Program-made: the position numbers and the translations under genes
DNA from: Girardia tigrina
Taxonomy: Eukaryota
DNA length: 51,685 nucleotides
Assembly: GCA_001938485.1 (NCBI GenBank)
Contig: MQRK01234477.1
Span: forward strand, 24,465-76,149
Direction: 5' to 3'
The notes under the pieces: model-generated
Database searches by the model: none
What the model saw: the letters and a program-made list of their open reading frames with translations, nothing else
Told to the model about the DNA's origin: nothing
Shown: positions 47,570-51,685 of the stretch, in pieces
How the letters are laid out: each line of letters starts with the position of its first letter
How positions within the stretch are numbered: position 1 is the first letter of the stretch

Positions 47570-48700
47570 ACACTAGAGTTTCCTGTGCTAAATTGGGACG
47601 ATATACTGAACACTCTGTATGGAACTCAATATTTTAGTATGATTGATCTAGGAAATGCGAATTAGAAAGTCGAGTTGGAAGAAGAATAAAAAATTAAAAT
47701 GAAAAATCTCAATAAAAGACTGACAATATTGTTTCTAAAAAAACCATTTCGGGATAGCAGTAACCCCAGTAACTTTCCAAGAGTTAATGGTCAAAGTTTT
47801 AGGAGACTTGAATTGGAAAGAAACAGTTGTATATTTTTTACCATTTTGATGTTCGTAGAAAATAAAGAGTATCTTCAACGAATAAAACATGATTTAGAGA
47901 AAATATATAAATCAGGTTTAAAAATAAACCCAGAGATATTGTCGGTTCTTAACAGAAATGACAATATTTTAGATAATATTGTCAGCAGGAAAGGCTTATA
48001 AACAGATCCAAAAAATATCGATGCAATTTAAAATTTCAAAATCCATCTTCCATCCAAATATTAGAGAAGTATCGTGGGTCTAATGAATTACTGCAGAAAA
48101 TTTTTAAATGATTGCACAAAATAATCAAAATTATTAGAGAGTTAATAATACAAGATGTAATGTGGATAGAGGAAAGCGAGGAAATCTTTCGAAAATTAAA
48201 AGAAAAAATAATGAAAACCTCAATCTTGGCATAAACAAACTTTGATAGGGAACTTATATTAGATAAGGAGAAAATTTGCGATAACATTGTAGAAGTGCTA
48301 TCACAGAAAGACACGTATGGAAAAGAGAGAGGGGTTTCGTATGTGTAGCAGAAAATGAACAAACACGAGCTTGGATTATGTATAACGGGAAAGAGTTGTT
48401 TCTAATTTATTATTTTACTCAACATTTTAACCATTAAATTTATATTGAATATGAGAAATCCCATAATACAACAATTTCAACGAAGATAAACTTTCTTTTT
48501 TTGGTTTGAATGTGCGAATGAAATATAAGAAAGATGGCAAACACGCTAACACAGGTGCAATGTCAAAAAACTTATTCAAATTATGTAGTCAGTGTGAAGA
48601 AATGCACAAGGAAGCTAAGAAATGGAAAATTAAAGCAAGAAGTTTAGCATTAGATAGATAGCCAAAGGGATCATTATGACAGCAGGATAATGATGAAATT
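47570..48700 (+). mobile_element. Heavily decayed Gypsy pol remnant (in a Rab intron)
   Basis: FSMIDLGNA, KIYKSGLKINPE, IMKTSILA, NKHELG and HKEAKK fragments homologous to the pol at 11940-16575. Confidence 0.8.
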
Positions 48701-48989
48701 GTTAGGTACTGCATAAAAAATAAAATATGTGAATAAAATTGTTTTAATTAACAAGGTAAATAAGAATTTATTTACCGTCTTACCAAATTAAATATATATA
48801 TATATAAATAAAATAAAAGCAAATAAAAAGACAAATATTATGAATTGAAGAAGAAAGTATTTCTTAGGAAAAAATAATTAAAAATTTAAATAAATAAATA
48901 AAAGAAATTTATATTTAAAAGGATAGTATAAAAATACATGATTTGATTTTAAAAAGTAGAAAAAATTTTTAAGAATTGAAAAGAAAAGA

Positions 48990-49650
48990 CAGTTGATTTA
49001 ATTGTAGTATAAAAATTGAAGAAATTAGTTACACTTTGAAACAGATCCTTGATGTTCCAGGAGCACGCAATTCAGAAAGTACCATTAATGCAAGGCGATG
49101 CATTAACATTTATGGCATTTCCTTTCGACAACATAATGTTTTTGGATGAGAGTAGTTTTAGCTGATCAAGTAAACAAAGTGTAGAAATATTTTGAAAGGT
49201 ACTATGTCTAGAAGAGCAGTATAATCCATTCAATCAAGAAATTTTTCGCTTTCTGCTACAATTAGTAAAAATGAATTGTATTTTTTCAAAGTACAGCCCT
49301 ACGAGAATGTTACATTTCTTGAAATTATCCAGGATATTTTAAAAAAGTAAGAAGCTGATGGTTTAAATAATTTAATTTTTGAGATGGATAAAGCAACATT
49401 CCGCAAAGTATCTTAAGTACACGAAACAATTTTAAATTGGAGACATCAGCTGGTTTTATGCAACCTTAATCACCAGTGCTTAATCAAATTGAAGAGGTAT
49501 TTTCAAAGTTGAAAAATTAAGTAAACCTTGCTAATTGTAGAAACTATGATCAACTCATGAATGAGATCATGAATAGATTCAACTCGAATACTAATATTGA
49601 TTGTTTAAACTATTTTTAACATATGAAATCTTTTTTGACAAAGCAATAAA
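48990..49650 (+). mobile_element. Decayed Tc1/IS630-like (DD34E) transposase
   Basis: NIMFLDESSF, MDKATFRK, SPVLNQIEEVFSKLK. Confidence 0.75.
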
Positions 49651-50663
49651 TGGTGAAGGATTTTAATAAAAATGTTATATATATNNNNNNNNNNNNNNNN
49701 NNNNNNNNNNNNNNNNNNNNNNNNNNNNNNNNNNNNNNNNNNNNNNNNNNNNNNNNNNNNNNNNNNNNNNNNNNNNNNNNNNNNNNNNNNNNNNNNNNNN
49801 NNNNNNNNNNNNNNNNNNNNNNNNNNNNNNNNNNNNNNNNNNNNNNNNNNNNNNNNNNNNNNNNNNNNNNNNNNNNNNNNNNNNNNNNNNNNNNNNNNNN
49901 NNNNNNNNNNNNNNNNNNNNNNNNNNNNNNNNNNNNNNNNNNNNNNNNNNNNNNNNNNNNNNNNNNNNNNNNNNNNNNNNNNNNNNNNNNNNNNNNNNNN
50001 NNNNNNNNNNNNNNNNNNNNNNNNNNNNNNNNNNNNNNNNNNNNNNNNNNNNNNNNNNNNNNNNNNNNNNNNNNNNNNNNNNNNNNNNNNNNNNNNNNNN
50101 NNNNNNNNNNNNNNNNNNNNNNNNNNNNNNNNNNNNNNNNNNNNNNNNNNNNNNNNNNNNNNNNNNNNNNNNNNNNNNNNNNNNNNNNNNNNNNNNNNNN
50201 NNNNNNNNNNNNNNNNNNNNNNNNNNNNNNNNNNNNNNNNNNNNNNNNNNNNNNNNNNNNNNNNNNNNNNNNNNNNNNNNNNNNNNNNNNNNNNNNNNNN
50301 NNNNNNNNNNNNNNNNNNNNNNNNNNNNNNNNNNNNNNNNNNNNNNNNNNNNNNNNNNNNNNNNNNNNNNNNNNNNNNNNNNNNNNNNNNNNNNNNNNNN
50401 NNNNNNNNNNNNNNNNNNNNNNNNNNNNNNNNNNNNNNNNNNNNNNNNNNNNNNNNNNNNNNNNNNNNNNNNNNNNNNNNNNNNNNNNNNNNNNNNNNNN
50501 NNNNNNNNNNNNNNNNNNNNNNNNNNNNNNNNNNNNNNNNNNNNNNNNNNNNNNNNNNNNNNNNNNNNNNNNNNNNNNNNNNNNNNNNNNNNNNNNNNNN
50601 NNNNNNNNNNNNNNNNNNNNNNNNNNNNNNNNNNNNNNNNNNNNNNNNNNNNNNNNNNNNNNN

Positions 50664-51029
50664 ATAAGATATTTAAAAACATTAAAAATATTAAATCTTT
50701 TCAAATTTTCATATTAAAATTTAAATAAAGTAAATAGTTTTAACTAAGTTTTGAATTAATTAAATGTTCTTTCTTTACATAAGATAATTTTTAAATAAAA
50801 TTAATATGTAAATAAAAATTGATACTAAAACTACAAAATTTGAACTTTAAAAATAAAATCAGAAAATAATGAAAAATTTGTTCGAATAATTGTTTATTGA
50901 AAAACATTAACAAAAATTATCAATTTAGAACGATGTCGAATTACGAGAGTTTTGCTGAGAGTTGTCCAAAAGACAATTCGGATTGTAATGAGAATAAAAG
51001 TTTGAAAACCCATGTTGGTGTTCTTAATA
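50664..51029 (+). mobile_element. 5' LTR of a Gypsy element (left part lost in the N gap)
   Basis: Near-identical to the 3' two thirds of solo LTR 20308-20823; ends GTTCTTAATA. Confidence 0.93.
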
Positions 51030-51685
51030 TGGCGACACACGACCCCGTGATTCCGAACATCAGAGGTCCGGAGATTTTTGATGGATCAGAAACAAAAGTT
51101 GAGGCTTTCATAACGAGCTTTAACAGGTATGCGAAGATAATGGGATTTTCAGAGGAGAGGAAAATCTTATTAGCAACACCATATATGACTCCGGATGCCA
51201 TAATAAAATATGAAGCAGCGGCTGGTGAAACATGTGAAGAGAAACTAAGATCCGCATTTTCAAAGGAAAAATCTATCCTGGATCTAATGAAGGAACTGGT
51301 AGAAATGAGAATTTGATCTAGCGACCCAACAATAATATTTAGAAAGGCTGATGAAATCACTGAAAAGTTAATTGAGAAAAAGTTGGGTAAAAAGGAATTA
51401 TCAAATTTAGTTTACGCTAATCTGATAGATGACGAGAACGTACAGAAAGAAATAGCTGTTAGATGTGTCAAGAAATCTGAAGAGATTGAAAATATTCAAA
51501 CGAGAATGTTCGAATTTGATAAAAAGAAAAGAAATGCTTCTGTAGCGCCATATAACACAAAAAGAAAAAATGAATAGAGAACAGTGGAAAATAAAAAAAG
51601 AACACCAAGGCCACAGAACGAGAAATTCATAGAACAAGAAACAAGAAGAAATTTTAAAGTTCGAAAAATTACCTGTTGGGCATGC
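50933..51685 (+). pseudogene. Gypsy gag with two in-frame stops, running off the window
   Basis: PEIFDGSETKVEAFITSFNRY..ERKILLATPYM capsid-like start; TGA at 51314 and TAG at 51575 in one frame; ends at zinc-knuckle start CWAC; homologous to the gag at 16063-16575. Confidence 0.88.
51030..51041 (+). promoter_or_regulatory. Putative primer-binding site
   Basis: TGGCGACACACG directly abuts the LTR end; TGG is complementary to the tRNA 3' CCA. tRNA identity not determined. Confidence 0.65.

Overview
AT-rich eukaryotic (animal) genomic DNA with five N gaps, made mostly of nested and decayed transposable elements. Host genes: the 5' part (domain I) of an L-type/Cav1-like voltage-gated calcium channel on the minus strand (7 exons, 22424 to 6293, with 42-59 bp introns beside TE-filled introns up to about 10 kb); two exons of a Rab GTPase; an intact, intronless 889-aa Lys/Glu/Ser-rich repeat protein; and pseudogene fragments of DRC7 and 18S rRNA. 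Mobile DNA: a Ty3/Gypsy lineage (eight LTR copies or fragments plus four internal remnants), several Tc1/mariner/pogo elements, hAT and MULE remnants, a Penelope-like element with inverted terminal repeats carrying hammerhead cores, and probable non-LTR remnants. Main observations: (1) the Gypsy lineage has TG...TA LTRs confirmed by 5-bp TSDs, a 32-codon ORF conserved in the 3' end of the LTR that reads through the PBS into Gag, and a pol stop codon inside the 3' LTR; (2) the Cav1-like channel has TRQGW in place of TMEGW in the domain I selectivity filter; (3) a hAT element with an 8-bp TSD splits an 18S rRNA pseudogene. All protein family calls come from recalled motifs, not database searches.
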